From the IMG/VR virus record IMGVR_UViG_3300009164_000064, positions 1-64,000 of that record: a stretch of 64,000 nucleotides of DNA; one strand, 5' to 3'. Positions 17,897 through 28,358 of this stretch are shown piece after piece (the first letter of the stretch is position 1; each line of letters opens with the position of its first letter). This DNA comes from a virus. A program made the position numbers and the translations under genes. The notes below the pieces were generated by a model. It ran no database searches, was not told the DNA's origin, and saw only the letters and a list, made by a program, of their open reading frames with translations.

Positions 17897-18572
17897 AAAA
17901 TGTAATCTTTGACAGTTTTGCCAAATAATTCTCGAAAATCTTGAGTCTTTTTGTTTCATCAAGTGATCTTGATATAACTGATTTCTCAATAGTCTTCTTG
18001 GTTTGTTCAGCTAGTTGGACAGCTTTCCATCCCATTCTCTCATCATAAATCCAATCAACAGACTCCATGACACCGTTAACAAATGCATTTGGCGCTGAAG
18101 GGTCAGCAACAATATCAGCAGCAGTAGCTAGCCTAAAATCGTTCTGAACTTCGTTGATACCTTCACTGTTAAGTTTTAGAGAACCCATGCCACGTGAAGA
18201 AACGCCTAAACGTGCACCAGATTCGATTAGTCCTTTGGCAATACCGCCCATTGGAGTATTAGTGATCAAAGCTTTACCAATATAGTCTGTTCCTTCTTTC
18301 TTAAGGGAAACAATACGGTGAGAAACACGATCAAGGTTGATTTGTGGACCGGGAGGATGATTAAGCTCACCCATAGCAGTCTTAGTATCGATAGATTCTT
18401 TTATGTAACGAGCAACTTCTTTGTCCATTACTTCTTCTGGATACATACGACCATTACGGTTTTTAATTGCAGATTGCAAAAAGATGCCTTCGATATAAAG
18501 GTTCTTTGTACCGTCCTCTTTTGCTTCTGAGACGTATTTAACGTCTTCTAATGTTTCTGTAATAAGTTTCAT
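17895..18572 (-). CDS. gp21: prohead protease gp21
   Basis: IEGIFLQ..KNRNGRMYP, GELNHP, GVSSRGMGS, DIVADPSAPNAF. Confidence 0.97.
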   Translation of the reverse strand: MKLITETLEDVKYVSEAKEDGTKNLYIEGIFLQSAIKNRNGRMYPEEVMDKEVARYIKESIDTKTAMGELNHPPGPQINLDRVSHRIVSLKKEGTDYIGKALITNTPMGGIAKGLIESGARLGVSSRGMGSLKLNSEGINEVQNDFRLATAADIVADPSAPNAFVNGVMESVDWIYDERMGWKAVQLAEQTKKTIEKSVISRSLDETKRLKIFENYLAKLSKITF

Positions 18573-18587
18573 TTATTATTTATCCTT

Positions 18588-18980
18588 TTAGTTCTGGAAG
18601 TATGCAGAGTTAGCAGTTAGATTTCCAACCTTTTGCACTTCAAGGAAACAATAGGCATTATTAGTGCCGATAAACTTAATACCCAGATTTGCTGATTGAT
18701 CGACAGTAAGAGCCATACCAGTACCAGCAAAATCAACATATGTTGAAGTGTCAACCGCCAAGACAAGATTTGCACCTCTATAAACAGCAAGACCACCGTC
18801 AGCAGCACTACCATCATGACCAAAGTATAGCTGCGTGATATAAGCACCAGATAGTACTTCATCACCAATAGCAATTGCGCTTACAGTACTATTACCTGTC
18901 ATAGTCAGGGTTGCATTTGCATTTGAAATATGAATACTGGCAGCAGTACCCTTTTTATTTGATGTAATAGTTACAGCCAT
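18588..18980 (-). CDS. hypothetical virion protein (beta-rich)
   Basis: 130-aa ORF in the head operon, coupled to the upstream gene. Confidence 0.7.
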   Translation of the reverse strand: MAVTITSNKKGTAASIHISNANATLTMTGNSTVSAIAIGDEVLSGAYITQLYFGHDGSAADGGLAVYRGANLVLAVDTSTYVDFAGTGMALTVDQSANLGIKFIGTNNAYCFLEVQKVGNLTANSAYFQN

Positions 18981-19813
18981 TATTCACTCCCATTATTTTC
19001 TAAAGCAAAGTCGATGAGTTGGATGATACCTTCTCTGTCTTGACATGCATCAATCATTTTAAGTTGGTTGTCTTCATTAAGATTTGTGAATAATGAAAAA
19101 AGTAGAACAGTGTGGCCTTCAGAAAAACCTTCAAGTCTCTTGGCTAATCTTTCTTCCATTGTAAGTGCTTTAATATCAGCTACTTCAGGCATATACTTTT
19201 CGATGGTACGATTAATGATATCTTCTTTAGTATATGATGATTTAATTTTTTTAATTCTATCTCTTTCACTAGCATCATTTCTAGCACCATGAAACTTATA
19301 TGCTCTGTCTGCATTTTTTTTGTATTCTGGGCCAGGCGTTGCTGCTGCTTTATCGCTAGCTGAGTGCTGCGCTCTACTATATAATTCAGGCGATAGTTCG
19401 TCGAGTTGTTCAATTTCTTCTTTGGTCATTTGCTTTTTATCACGAATAGCCGCCATTTTCTGGAATGGCTTTTCACCATCGGGAAGATCAGCAATACGTG
19501 TCATCTTACCAACAGTAACCTTTGGCTTCTTCTTTTTCATGAAGTCAAGCATACCTTCGTCAATTAGTTCTTCTTCATTGACAAATTCATTTTCTTCATA
19601 TACTTTCTCATCAGCACCAAGATCATAACCATGACGTGTCTTTTTACGTTCAACGGCCTTAATATTCGTTGCCTTGAAAACATCGTCGCCATTAGCCTTA
19701 CCGTTGACTTCATTGCGATCTTTTATTTTAACAGTAACGTGCTTATCCACGAACTTTTGTTCATCTGGTGACTTTGGTCTGTAGACCTCAAACATGTCCT
19801 TAATCGTCTTCAT
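18980..19813 (-). CDS. putative prohead core/internal protein (gp68 position)
   Basis: Charged protein with LIDE/LDE-type candidate gp21 cleavage motifs; between gp67-like and gp21. Confidence 0.55.
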   Translation of the reverse strand: MKTIKDMFEVYRPKSPDEQKFVDKHVTVKIKDRNEVNGKANGDDVFKATNIKAVERKKTRHGYDLGADEKVYEENEFVNEEELIDEGMLDFMKKKKPKVTVGKMTRIADLPDGEKPFQKMAAIRDKKQMTKEEIEQLDELSPELYSRAQHSASDKAAATPGPEYKKNADRAYKFHGARNDASERDRIKKIKSSYTKEDIINRTIEKYMPEVADIKALTMEERLAKRLEGFSEGHTVLLFSLFTNLNEDNQLKMIDACQDREGIIQLIDFALENNGSE

Positions 19814-20081
19814 CTGTTCCGTCCTTTGTTTCTAAGTCTAAATCGTCTAGGTCCAGATCAATATCGTCTAGGTCAAGATCAGCAATGTCTACATCTAAAT
19901 CATCATTTTCAGCATCAGTATCTTCTGGTTGTTCTTCACCATAGATATCCTGAGCTAGCTCAACTTTTTTGTCGGCAATTGCATCAGAAGCCTTTTGGCG
20001 AAGAAGCGTGTCTAGCGTATCAGCAAAATCCACAGGATTCTTATTAATAGCCAGACCAATTAAATCAGCAGTGTCAGTCAT
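19800..20081 (-). CDS. prohead core protein, gp67-like
   Basis: Small protein with very acidic tail directly after portal. Confidence 0.65.
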   Translation of the reverse strand: MTDTADLIGLAINKNPVDFADTLDTLLRQKASDAIADKKVELAQDIYGEEQPEDTDAENDDLDVDIADLDLDDIDLDLDDLDLETKDGTDEDD

Positions 20082-20111
20082 AATTTTCTTCCTTTAATCA
20101 ATTAGATTATA

Positions 20112-20119
20112 TATTTATC
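20112..20119 (-). promoter_or_regulatory. late promoter variant (GATAAATA)
   Basis: NATAAATA at the portal stop, upstream of the gp67-like gene. Confidence 0.55.
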
Positions 20120-21737
20120 ACTTTGTTTTTTTAGGTGGAGCATATGCATATTCTGTTCCACTAGTTGTATCTGCTGGAGGAACATACGAATACTCATCGC
20201 CACCAGCACCATCTGTTTGTCCACCGCCATCAGGCATCTGAGGTTCTGGTGGATTATACTGAGGGTTTTCCATTTCAGCGACAATCTGCTCATTAATCTC
20301 TTCAATTTCTTCATCTGTCTGTCTTAGAACTTGTCTTCTAACCCATTCGTGTGAGAAATACTTTCCAGTATAATTATCAATTTGTTGTAAAGCAGCTAAA
20401 CGATTATTTAAAACTTCTGCTTCTTTCAATTCAGCAAAGTAATTGTCTTGTGAGAACTTAAAGCGAACAACATTCTTGATTTCATCCCATTCTTCAGGAG
20501 TGATAATTCCCTTTAAGATAAGTTGGCGCTCAAGAATTTTTGAGAAAAGAGTTGAGAACTTGATACGAAGTCTGTTAATAAATTTAGCAAACTTCACTTC
20601 ATCACGTGTGATTTCTGTTGCTCTACCAAAGTTAAACTGCGCCTCTGGATCAAGGCGGCTAATAGGAACATTCAATGACTTATACAGCTTCTTTTGGAAG
20701 TAGATAACGTCATCCATCTGACCAAGGTTTTGTCCACCTGGTAGAGTTGTAATTTCTGTTCCCTTACCACCTTCACGGCGAGGTAGCCAAAAATCTTCTA
20801 GCATGGTCATGAACTTACGATCATCTCTGATTTCGCCAGTGGCGCTATCGTAGACCAGTTTGTTCTTGAACTTAGTCATGATATCACGTAGATATTGTTC
20901 AGCCTTCATCTTAGGAAGGTTGCCAACGTCAATATAGAAAATACGGCGTTCTGGTGCACGACTGATACGATAAATGACCAGTGAGTCTTCCATGGAACGA
21001 AGTTGGTTTAGTGGCTTGATTGCCTTATGAAGATATGATTGAACCAAGTCACCATTTAATGAGGTGATGCCTGAAGTACAATGGACAATAGAGTCCTTAG
21101 CAATCTTTAGGCCACCAATGTTATTTGTTGGGATAGAAGAGTTACCAGAAGTCTTGGAAAATCCTTTATCACTGTAGATGTAGTATTCACTACTAGTCTT
21201 ATTCGCTGTTTGGTTATCCTGAAGTTTCTTTTTTCTTACTTCACGAACTTTACGAATCTTACGTGGATCAATATATCTTAATTCTTGAATGCCAAGATTT
21301 TGTTGTTTTTCATCAATAATTGCATGGTAGTATAACCTACCATCAACATACCAACGACGAAATACTTCATATGATAACTGATTGAATTCAAGCAGATTGA
21401 GTACTTCTTTAAATTCTTCAATAAAAATTTTCTTTACTTTATCAGACAACTCTGGAAGATCATCAAGTATTAATTCAACAGGTTCCACTTCTGGCTCCTG
21501 TGTAATAACTTCGTTGACAATATCATCAATTGCCATATCAACTTCAGGGTGCATTGACATTTCACGGTACTTATTTACTAGTTCCGCTTCTGTTCTAATG
21601 GAGCCGTCCAAATCAACATAGGTACCATATACGCCACCTTCAGCTACAACAACGGCCCCATCGTCTGTTTGCTTTGGAGCAAAAGAGATGGGTTCCGGTG
21701 TTTTTTTCTTTATTTCAAAACCAAATAATTCAGCCAC
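20118..21737 (-). CDS. gp20: portal protein gp20
   Basis: LFGF, WYVDGR, YRISRAPERRIFYIDVGNLPK, EDFWLPRREGGKGTEITTLPGG. Confidence 0.99.
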   Translation of the reverse strand: MAELFGFEIKKKTPEPISFAPKQTDDGAVVVAEGGVYGTYVDLDGSIRTEAELVNKYREMSMHPEVDMAIDDIVNEVITQEPEVEPVELILDDLPELSDKVKKIFIEEFKEVLNLLEFNQLSYEVFRRWYVDGRLYYHAIIDEKQQNLGIQELRYIDPRKIRKVREVRKKKLQDNQTANKTSSEYYIYSDKGFSKTSGNSSIPTNNIGGLKIAKDSIVHCTSGITSLNGDLVQSYLHKAIKPLNQLRSMEDSLVIYRISRAPERRIFYIDVGNLPKMKAEQYLRDIMTKFKNKLVYDSATGEIRDDRKFMTMLEDFWLPRREGGKGTEITTLPGGQNLGQMDDVIYFQKKLYKSLNVPISRLDPEAQFNFGRATEITRDEVKFAKFINRLRIKFSTLFSKILERQLILKGIITPEEWDEIKNVVRFKFSQDNYFAELKEAEVLNNRLAALQQIDNYTGKYFSHEWVRRQVLRQTDEEIEEINEQIVAEMENPQYNPPEPQMPDGGGQTDGAGGDEYSYVPPADTTSGTEYAYAPPKKTK

Positions 21738-21758
21738 ATTATATCCTAACTTATCAAA

Positions 21759-22361
21759 TTACTTTAATTCTGGTCCGGGACCCGAACCATCTCCACCTTC
21801 ATTCTTGGAATCAATTTCATACCAATCATATGCAAATGTAACTTGGAATTTTTCAACTTGATCTGTTGCTGCCCAATCAAGTTCAATTTGTGTAATTTCA
21901 ATTGGGAACATATTTTTAAACGTATACGAACGGAGTATTTTTGGATTGCTCTTTGGACCGTTTTTACTATATTGCTTTACAGTAGCATTTGCTTTATAGT
22001 TACTTGGTTCTGTTGATCCAAAAGTATTTAAGTTTCCTTCAAGTGAATTGATCTTATTGTGCCATTCTTCCATGATCTTACGAATAGCAAAGTCTTCATC
22101 ATTTAGAATTGTTACTCCCCACATATCGAAGGTTCTATCCCCTGCAATCTTAATTTTACGACCCATGTATGAAATTTCAATGGGCTGTATAGCTGATTGT
22201 GGGATTGTTGTTGATTCAACAAGAAATTCTGATAGATTGTTTAATGATCCACCATTAGTAAGCCCACCAGTAGGTGCATGTAATGCTACGCTGAAAAGCG
22301 TATTACGAGCACCACCGAATTTTAATGCCTTTGAAGCAAAATCGTTAATTGAAAATGCCAT
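21759..22361 (-). CDS. gp19: tail tube protein gp19
   Basis: GGARNTLF, YMGRKIKIAGDRTF..W..T..NDEDF, FQVTFAYDW. Confidence 0.95.
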   Translation of the reverse strand: MAFSINDFASKALKFGGARNTLFSVALHAPTGGLTNGGSLNNLSEFLVESTTIPQSAIQPIEISYMGRKIKIAGDRTFDMWGVTILNDEDFAIRKIMEEWHNKINSLEGNLNTFGSTEPSNYKANATVKQYSKNGPKSNPKILRSYTFKNMFPIEITQIELDWAATDQVEKFQVTFAYDWYEIDSKNEGGDGSGPGPELK

Positions 22362-22382
22362 GTTTTGTGTTCTCCTTTAGTT

Positions 22383-22390
22383 TATTTATA
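22383..22390 (-). promoter_or_regulatory. late promoter (TATAAATA) for gp19
   Basis: Exact consensus. Confidence 0.82.
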
Positions 22391-22396
22391 ACTGTT

Positions 22397-24538
22397 TTAG
22401 CCGACAATCTCAGAGAACTCAATGCCACTTCTAACTGCAACAAAGTTTAGTTGAATGTAGTTAATCGAACGTGCTGGCTTGACATAAATGTCACCAACGA
22501 AGCGATTGCTATCTACAACTTGTGCAGTATTGTTAGAAGCATCACAAATTATCTTAAAGTCATAGATACCACGGCGACCTTGAACATCTCTTAGGAAAGG
22601 TTCGACGAGGTTGCGGAACTGTGCACGTGTGAATTCATCGTTGAATTCAAACATTGATGACTGAGCAGCAATAGCAATTGTCTTTTCAAGAACAATAAAC
22701 AGTCTACGAACATTGATACGATCAAAAGCACTTGGCTTAGCTAGAAGTGTCTTGTCTCCATTTAGGAATGTTCCTTGACCTTGTTGTGAAATAACAGGGT
22801 TGACACCATTCTTGTAAAGCAAGTCTCTTTGAGCCTTGTTTGGATTAAATGCTAGTCTAATAACATTCTTAATCTGACCACGTGTTGTGCCAGCAGGTGA
22901 GTACCATGGATCACGTGTAGCATCTGTACGTACACATAGACCAGCAATATCACCATTGAGTGGGATATAACGATATACGTCATTATACTTGTCATACTGA
23001 TACTTGTATCCAGAATCCAAGACTGCAAATGATGATGGTCTTACAGAATTTCTGAAAGCAACTACATCTTCAGCAGCATTTAATGGGTTATTGACAACAT
23101 CATTAATGTCTGGTGATACGAATACAACACAATCTTTACGAACATCAGCAATATTATCAATAACATAGTTTGCTAGTTGTTCTTTGTTTACACCACCACG
23201 TGGTTTACCAGTGATGACAAGTGAAATGTCAGCTTCTTCAGGAGTAATAAACAAGTCATATGCTCTTGCTAGATCAGCAAACTTAACACCAGTATTTGCA
23301 TCTTCTGATTCATCCTTATCAGCACCATTAACAAATGATAATGTCATTGGAGCAGGAAGAGCAACAGCATTTGATGAAGCAACATTGAATGTAGTGTTTG
23401 AAGCAGCACCAGCACGATCAGCACCAGCCCAAATATAATTTGAACGGTCATTGATGACGTTCTTGTAGAAGTTGGAAGTACCATCTGATAACTTAGCATC
23501 AGTTGCACGTGATACGCCTGAGAATACCTCAAGAACTGTACCTGGTGAGCTTGTGAAACCACCATCTTCATCAATAACGACAACGTGTAGTTCATCTAGT
23601 TGTGTTAATACATTATTGGTCTGTGCAGCAATGTCACCATTTGTTGCAACATATGTTGAACGGCCAGGAGCCGCATCAACTTGTGTGTAATATTCCCAAT
23701 AACGTGTTACGTGTTGTGAAGAAACATCAGTTGAAAGCTTGAATGGTTGTTCAAATTTAAATGTAATTGAAGCAGAGCCAGTGTTAAGACCAGCAACATT
23801 TGCTACAGTAATTGTCTTACCAAGAATTTTAAGCGCCTGTGTTCCAGTAGAAGTACTACCAACAAGAATATAGTCACCTACACTGAATTTATTTGCTACA
23901 ATAACTGCATTAGCATATGGTGTTGATCCAGCAAAGTTATTTGCATTTGGATTATACAGGTTAATAGTACCAAATGTGCTACCAACAGTAACCTCAAACT
24001 TTGTATTTGCAGTTGTAAAGTTTGAATCAATTAGAGCAACATTTGTTGAGTATTGAGTTGGGTTATCGCAGACAGATACCTTTAGGCTGTTACCAAGAGC
24101 GCCTGGGCAACGAGCAACATATGTAACCTCTGAGGCATTGATTGTTGCTTGCTTTGTTGTAAAGTCATATTCATTCAGAACAGTATAAATTGCGTTTGCA
24201 CTAACAGTAGCTGTGCTATTAGCAACAGCAATAGCTGAAGTTGTTAGGCTTGAGTTAGCTGCACGACTAATGTATAGTGCGTTTGAATATGAAAGAAAGT
24301 TAGCTGCTGTGAAGAAGGTTTCTGGGTTAATTGAAGTTGGCCTACCAAACTTAGCAACCAGATCATTTTCAGAAGTAACTAGTGTGCGAACGCCCACTGG
24401 TCCCCAACGAAATACACCAGCAAACGCACCAACTGTAGTATCTACAGCAGGTGTTGTTGTTGTAAGATCGATTTCTGAAATATTGATGCCGGGGCTAATT
24501 TGAAAACCACCACCTGAACCAAAATTTTGTACGGCCAT
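22397..24538 (-). CDS. gp18: tail sheath protein gp18
   Basis: SPGINISEIDLT, FRWGP, PWYSPAG, AFDRINVRRLF, KPARSINYIQLNFVA. Confidence 0.98.
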   Translation of the reverse strand: MAVQNFGSGGGFQISPGINISEIDLTTTTPAVDTTVGAFAGVFRWGPVGVRTLVTSENDLVAKFGRPTSINPETFFTAANFLSYSNALYISRAANSSLTTSAIAVANSTATVSANAIYTVLNEYDFTTKQATINASEVTYVARCPGALGNSLKVSVCDNPTQYSTNVALIDSNFTTANTKFEVTVGSTFGTINLYNPNANNFAGSTPYANAVIVANKFSVGDYILVGSTSTGTQALKILGKTITVANVAGLNTGSASITFKFEQPFKLSTDVSSQHVTRYWEYYTQVDAAPGRSTYVATNGDIAAQTNNVLTQLDELHVVVIDEDGGFTSSPGTVLEVFSGVSRATDAKLSDGTSNFYKNVINDRSNYIWAGADRAGAASNTTFNVASSNAVALPAPMTLSFVNGADKDESEDANTGVKFADLARAYDLFITPEEADISLVITGKPRGGVNKEQLANYVIDNIADVRKDCVVFVSPDINDVVNNPLNAAEDVVAFRNSVRPSSFAVLDSGYKYQYDKYNDVYRYIPLNGDIAGLCVRTDATRDPWYSPAGTTRGQIKNVIRLAFNPNKAQRDLLYKNGVNPVISQQGQGTFLNGDKTLLAKPSAFDRINVRRLFIVLEKTIAIAAQSSMFEFNDEFTRAQFRNLVEPFLRDVQGRRGIYDFKIICDASNNTAQVVDSNRFVGDIYVKPARSINYIQLNFVAVRSGIEFSEIVG

Positions 24539-24581
24539 TTATATCTCCTTTGAAAGATTTTTTGCATGTTCTACATGATTA

Positions 24582-24589
24582 TATTTATA
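24582..24589 (-). promoter_or_regulatory. late promoter (TATAAATA) for gp18
   Basis: Exact consensus. Confidence 0.82.
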
Positions 24590-24600
24590 AAATAACGGAA

Positions 24601-26226
24601 TTAGAAGAACATGAATTCTCTGGACGGATTTCGAACTAAATCGATAATATCATCATCGGGCTGACCATCATCCATAAACCCAAATGGAACCAGATCATTT
24701 TCTAACTCTTCTTCTGTTTTGTCTCTTAATTTCATCAAGGTATTAATATCTGTCAATTCTCTGAAGTACTGTTGATCAGTCATCCATGCAAATAGTACTA
24801 GACCCATTACCAAATCGTCATTACATCCCTGTTCAGCTTCGTATGATATGCCCTTTTTAGAAAAACGTGACAATTCATGGATGGTGTCATGATCATTAAT
24901 AATTAATTGTCTTTGTTCGATAAGAAGCTTGAGCATAGAACAACCAATAGCCTTTACAGTCTTAGTTGTTCTGATACCCCTATCAATACCGCTTCCTTTG
25001 CCAAAGCCAGTTGATATTCTTTTTCCTCTTGCACCAGCATTTTCAGTATATACAATTGTTTCACATTCATAATCATAATATAATGAGTCAGCAACTTGTG
25101 CGCCTACATCATTAATTTCTACAAGGATTGTAGCATTGTTATATGCTTTTGAAGTCCTATATATAGTCCCGCTGTAATCTAGCGGTGTTACCATATTGTT
25201 TTTGTATGTACATACTTGTTGATATGGCATAGTAGTAACATCAATTACTTGAAAAGCAGAATAGTCTAATCCCTTTCCTCTTGATACGTCAACAACAATG
25301 ACATAGCTACAATCTTTAACTGGATCATAGTATTTATTCAAACCATCATGTGAGGTTAGAGCAGCCTGAGATACAAGTGTTTTTAGGACAGCACCTGAAA
25401 TGAGTGTGCCTGATGAACCTTGAAACTGACATTCAAATTCCTGAGCAAACTTCTCAAGATCAAAGTCCATAGCAGCGATGGTTTCCTTGTACCATGCTTC
25501 ACCACGACCAGGCACACGTTGCCAAGGAACTTCAACATACTGATAACCATTTGTGCCATTTTCAGCACCATTACAAGTTTTGTAAAAGTGATTTAGACCA
25601 TTTGGAGTAGATGTAAAGAGAATCTTTGTTGTTTCACCAGATGATATAGTTGGGAAAACAGAAGCAAAGAATTCATCCCAATTTTCAACGAATGCAGCCT
25701 CATCGATGTATAGTAGTGAGATTGACTTACCACGAATAGCTGAAGAGCTTGTAGCAGCCGCTAGAACCTTACAACCATTCTCTAGTTCAATTGAACCCTT
25801 GTTCCACTCCACAACGCCTTGCTGTAGCCAATCAGGAAGGCTTTCATATGATAACTTGATACGATCAAGGATTTCACGTGCAGCATCGCCCTTGTTAGCT
25901 AGAAGAGCAACTGTCTTATGCTCATTAAACAGAATGTAATGAAGAATGATTGCAGCCGCTGTGGTAGTCTTACCAGCCTGACGTGATGTAACAACCGTAA
26001 CACGACGATTGTTCGTAACCTTTGTCATGATTTCTTTTTGATAATCGTAAAGTACAATAGGAATCAAACCACGGTCAACGTGTACGATTTGAATGTACTT
26101 CTCAGCAAAATAAATTGGGTCATCTTTACATTTGATGAACTCCTGAAGCATTTCAGCAGACCATTGAATCTGCCTTCTTGCCTTCTTTAAATTTACATTA
26201 CCATTATAACCTTTACTTATTATCAT
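24601..26226 (-). CDS. gp17: terminase large subunit gp17
   Basis: SRQAGKTT, YIDEAAF, STPNGLNHF, DVSRGKGLDYS, DDLVM. Confidence 0.98.
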   Translation of the reverse strand: MIISKGYNGNVNLKKARRQIQWSAEMLQEFIKCKDDPIYFAEKYIQIVHVDRGLIPIVLYDYQKEIMTKVTNNRRVTVVTSRQAGKTTTAAAIILHYILFNEHKTVALLANKGDAAREILDRIKLSYESLPDWLQQGVVEWNKGSIELENGCKVLAAATSSSAIRGKSISLLYIDEAAFVENWDEFFASVFPTISSGETTKILFTSTPNGLNHFYKTCNGAENGTNGYQYVEVPWQRVPGRGEAWYKETIAAMDFDLEKFAQEFECQFQGSSGTLISGAVLKTLVSQAALTSHDGLNKYYDPVKDCSYVIVVDVSRGKGLDYSAFQVIDVTTMPYQQVCTYKNNMVTPLDYSGTIYRTSKAYNNATILVEINDVGAQVADSLYYDYECETIVYTENAGARGKRISTGFGKGSGIDRGIRTTKTVKAIGCSMLKLLIEQRQLIINDHDTIHELSRFSKKGISYEAEQGCNDDLVMGLVLFAWMTDQQYFRELTDINTLMKLRDKTEEELENDLVPFGFMDDGQPDDDIIDLVRNPSREFMFF

Positions 26227-26632
26227 TATCTTTATTCTTCATGTTCTCAAGCATTTGCTGAAGTTCAGCAGTTGAACCAACAAATAGATTGTTGATTGTC
26301 TGTCCACTTTCAGCATCTGGTTTCTTAGCTATTAATTTTGCTTTTTTGGCTTGTAAATCAACCAGACCCATGCTAATATCAGCATATGTTTTGATCATTG
26401 CATTCAATACTTCATATGCTTTAGGATGCTGTGACTGTTGAGCAATAGTGAGCATGTCTTGAACCGCTGTCTGGCTAAGATCGATAGCGTTGTTTAGGTT
26501 TGTATGGACCTTTTCAATATCTTCTTCTACCTGTTCATTATCTGTTTGAACAACAGCAGGAACATTAGTTTGATAATCATCAAATTGTGCCATTGGGTTT
26601 AGCCCTAAAGCATTATCTAAATATTTTGACAT
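26213..26632 (-). CDS. gp16: terminase small subunit gp16
   Basis: HPKAYEV and NNLFVGSTAELQ motifs; synteny. Confidence 0.92.
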   Translation of the reverse strand: MSKYLDNALGLNPMAQFDDYQTNVPAVVQTDNEQVEEDIEKVHTNLNNAIDLSQTAVQDMLTIAQQSQHPKAYEVLNAMIKTYADISMGLVDLQAKKAKLIAKKPDAESGQTINNLFVGSTAELQQMLENMKNKDNDNK

Positions 26633-27690
26633 TAGTTATTCTCATATAGATTAATGATGAAACCAAAATCTGTATTGGATTGAATTGTATTATAATTCTT
26701 AAGATTATATGTTGGAATTCTTGCAATACTTGTAATGGTTCCTGATGCACCAGAAGTTGCACCAAAAACGGTGTTTCCAACACCAAGTGATCCATGAACA
26801 GTACTTGTGTTTACGTGTGTAGAATTTCCATCCTTCATATATATGAAGTTTGCAGTATCAAGATATACTTTTTCAGTTTGAATGAAATTACCAGCAACAC
26901 CACTTAGTCTATATTGGAAAATAGCATTATTTGAATTTGCTGGCTGACCATTAGCATATTGAGCAGGGAAGATTTCTAGTCTTGTACCTGATGGCGAGTT
27001 GTTCTGTGTTGCATATTCCATAAGAACATTACCTGGTGGGATACTGATATTTGCATCAATTTCCTTGATGATGCCAGTATTTGCAGAGATTGATGGACCA
27101 AAGAAGTATCCCTTGAGGGTAAAATTCAATGTCCAGATGATGGCTCTGCGATTCATGAAGTCGCCTTCATATGTGTCTTCACAAACAATATTATCTAGTG
27201 TGATAGGAATATCATGCTTGATACCCATCTCTGGAACAAGATTGAGGGTTGCAGACCACATAGGATTGAAGTATGGGAGAATTTGTTCAATAATGTATGT
27301 ACCGTCTTCAGCATTCTTTACCATGATCGATAGTGTCATGTCGATATTGTATGGCACTGGCATATATTGATAAAGAACTCCTGTAGGATCGCTTGGATCA
27401 GGAGCAGTTATCTTATTTGTCATTGGAAGTTTTCTGGTGGAATCATAAGTTACACCAGTAATTTCAAATGACATACGTGGAAGTTGCGTAGCAATAGGAC
27501 GATTTAGATCAGGGTTGCCATCAAGACGTGCAAGAAACTTCTCACGAGGACCATAGTTTAATGGTACCTTCATGTTCTGAATAAGATTGCCGCCACTATC
27601 ATATCTCTTCACCCAAATGTTGTTGAACAGGGTGCCAAAATAAATGATGTACTTTCTTAGAGTACCGTGACCAAAAGTATATCCAAACAT
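26632..27690 (-). CDS. gp15: tail sheath stabilizer/terminator gp15 with C-terminal extension
   Basis: FGTLFNNI, KVPLNYGPREKFL, LPRMSFE, EQILPYF. Confidence 0.95.
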   Translation of the reverse strand: MFGYTFGHGTLRKYIIYFGTLFNNIWVKRYDSGGNLIQNMKVPLNYGPREKFLARLDGNPDLNRPIATQLPRMSFEITGVTYDSTRKLPMTNKITAPDPSDPTGVLYQYMPVPYNIDMTLSIMVKNAEDGTYIIEQILPYFNPMWSATLNLVPEMGIKHDIPITLDNIVCEDTYEGDFMNRRAIIWTLNFTLKGYFFGPSISANTGIIKEIDANISIPPGNVLMEYATQNNSPSGTRLEIFPAQYANGQPANSNNAIFQYRLSGVAGNFIQTEKVYLDTANFIYMKDGNSTHVNTSTVHGSLGVGNTVFGATSGASGTITSIARIPTYNLKNYNTIQSNTDFGFIINLYENN

Positions 27691-28355
27691 TAGACGTTAC
27701 CTTGACTGAAAGGATCGACATTGGACCAATCTATAATTCCAGCGCCTTCTTGCTGAAACTCTACGTTTGTCTCAAATACATCAAGCATAGCATTTTCATA
27801 TGCATTATCATTTGTGACATTTGCAACGCTATACTTCTCTTCGATTGCATCAATCTCAGCATTACCCGTACTGAAACGCTCATTTGAGTATTCCCATACA
27901 TCACAAGAAATATCCCAAATCTGTAGCTCTCCCATTTGATAGAAGATAGCAGTCTGATTGACATACTTAATGACAAACATCTTTTTCATCATTGTTGAAT
28001 AGACAAGATCACCTTCACGTGGTCTTTGAATATCTGGACGCTGTGCTGCAATCTCGTTACCAAATGATCTACGTGCAATGCTGAAGGTAGCACTATCACG
28101 CACTTCAAGATTAAACTTGGAGAGGAATTGACCATCACCTTCATAGCTGTCGAATGACTTGATATACATGTCAAACTCAAATACTTCATTGTATGTTGAT
28201 AGTTTATCTTCACCGTAGATATCATCTTTGGTTACGAGTGTGCGTGGAAGATAATAGACTGTGTGTCCATAGATAGAAATGGATTCGACAACAAGAGACT
28301 CAATAAGGTCTTGTTCGCCATAATTATTGAAGTTGTCGAAATAAACGCTTGGCAT
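27690..28355 (-). CDS. gp14: neck protein gp14
   Basis: EQDLIESLVVESI, YYLPR, RPREGDL. Confidence 0.94.
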   Translation of the reverse strand: MPSVYFDNFNNYGEQDLIESLVVESISIYGHTVYYLPRTLVTKDDIYGEDKLSTYNEVFEFDMYIKSFDSYEGDGQFLSKFNLEVRDSATFSIARRSFGNEIAAQRPDIQRPREGDLVYSTMMKKMFVIKYVNQTAIFYQMGELQIWDISCDVWEYSNERFSTGNAEIDAIEEKYSVANVTNDNAYENAMLDVFETNVEFQQEGAGIIDWSNVDPFSQGNV

Positions 28356-28358
28356 GAA

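Noticed and set aside
24565-24577. Small palindrome CATGT-TCT-ACATG upstream of gp18
   Set aside because: Only a 5-bp stem; expected by chance
8065-26226. Introns, inteins or homing endonucleases in gp46, uvsW, gp23, gp20, gp17
   Set aside because: Genes are of normal length and uninterrupted; no HNH, GIY-YIG or LAGLIDADG motifs recognised
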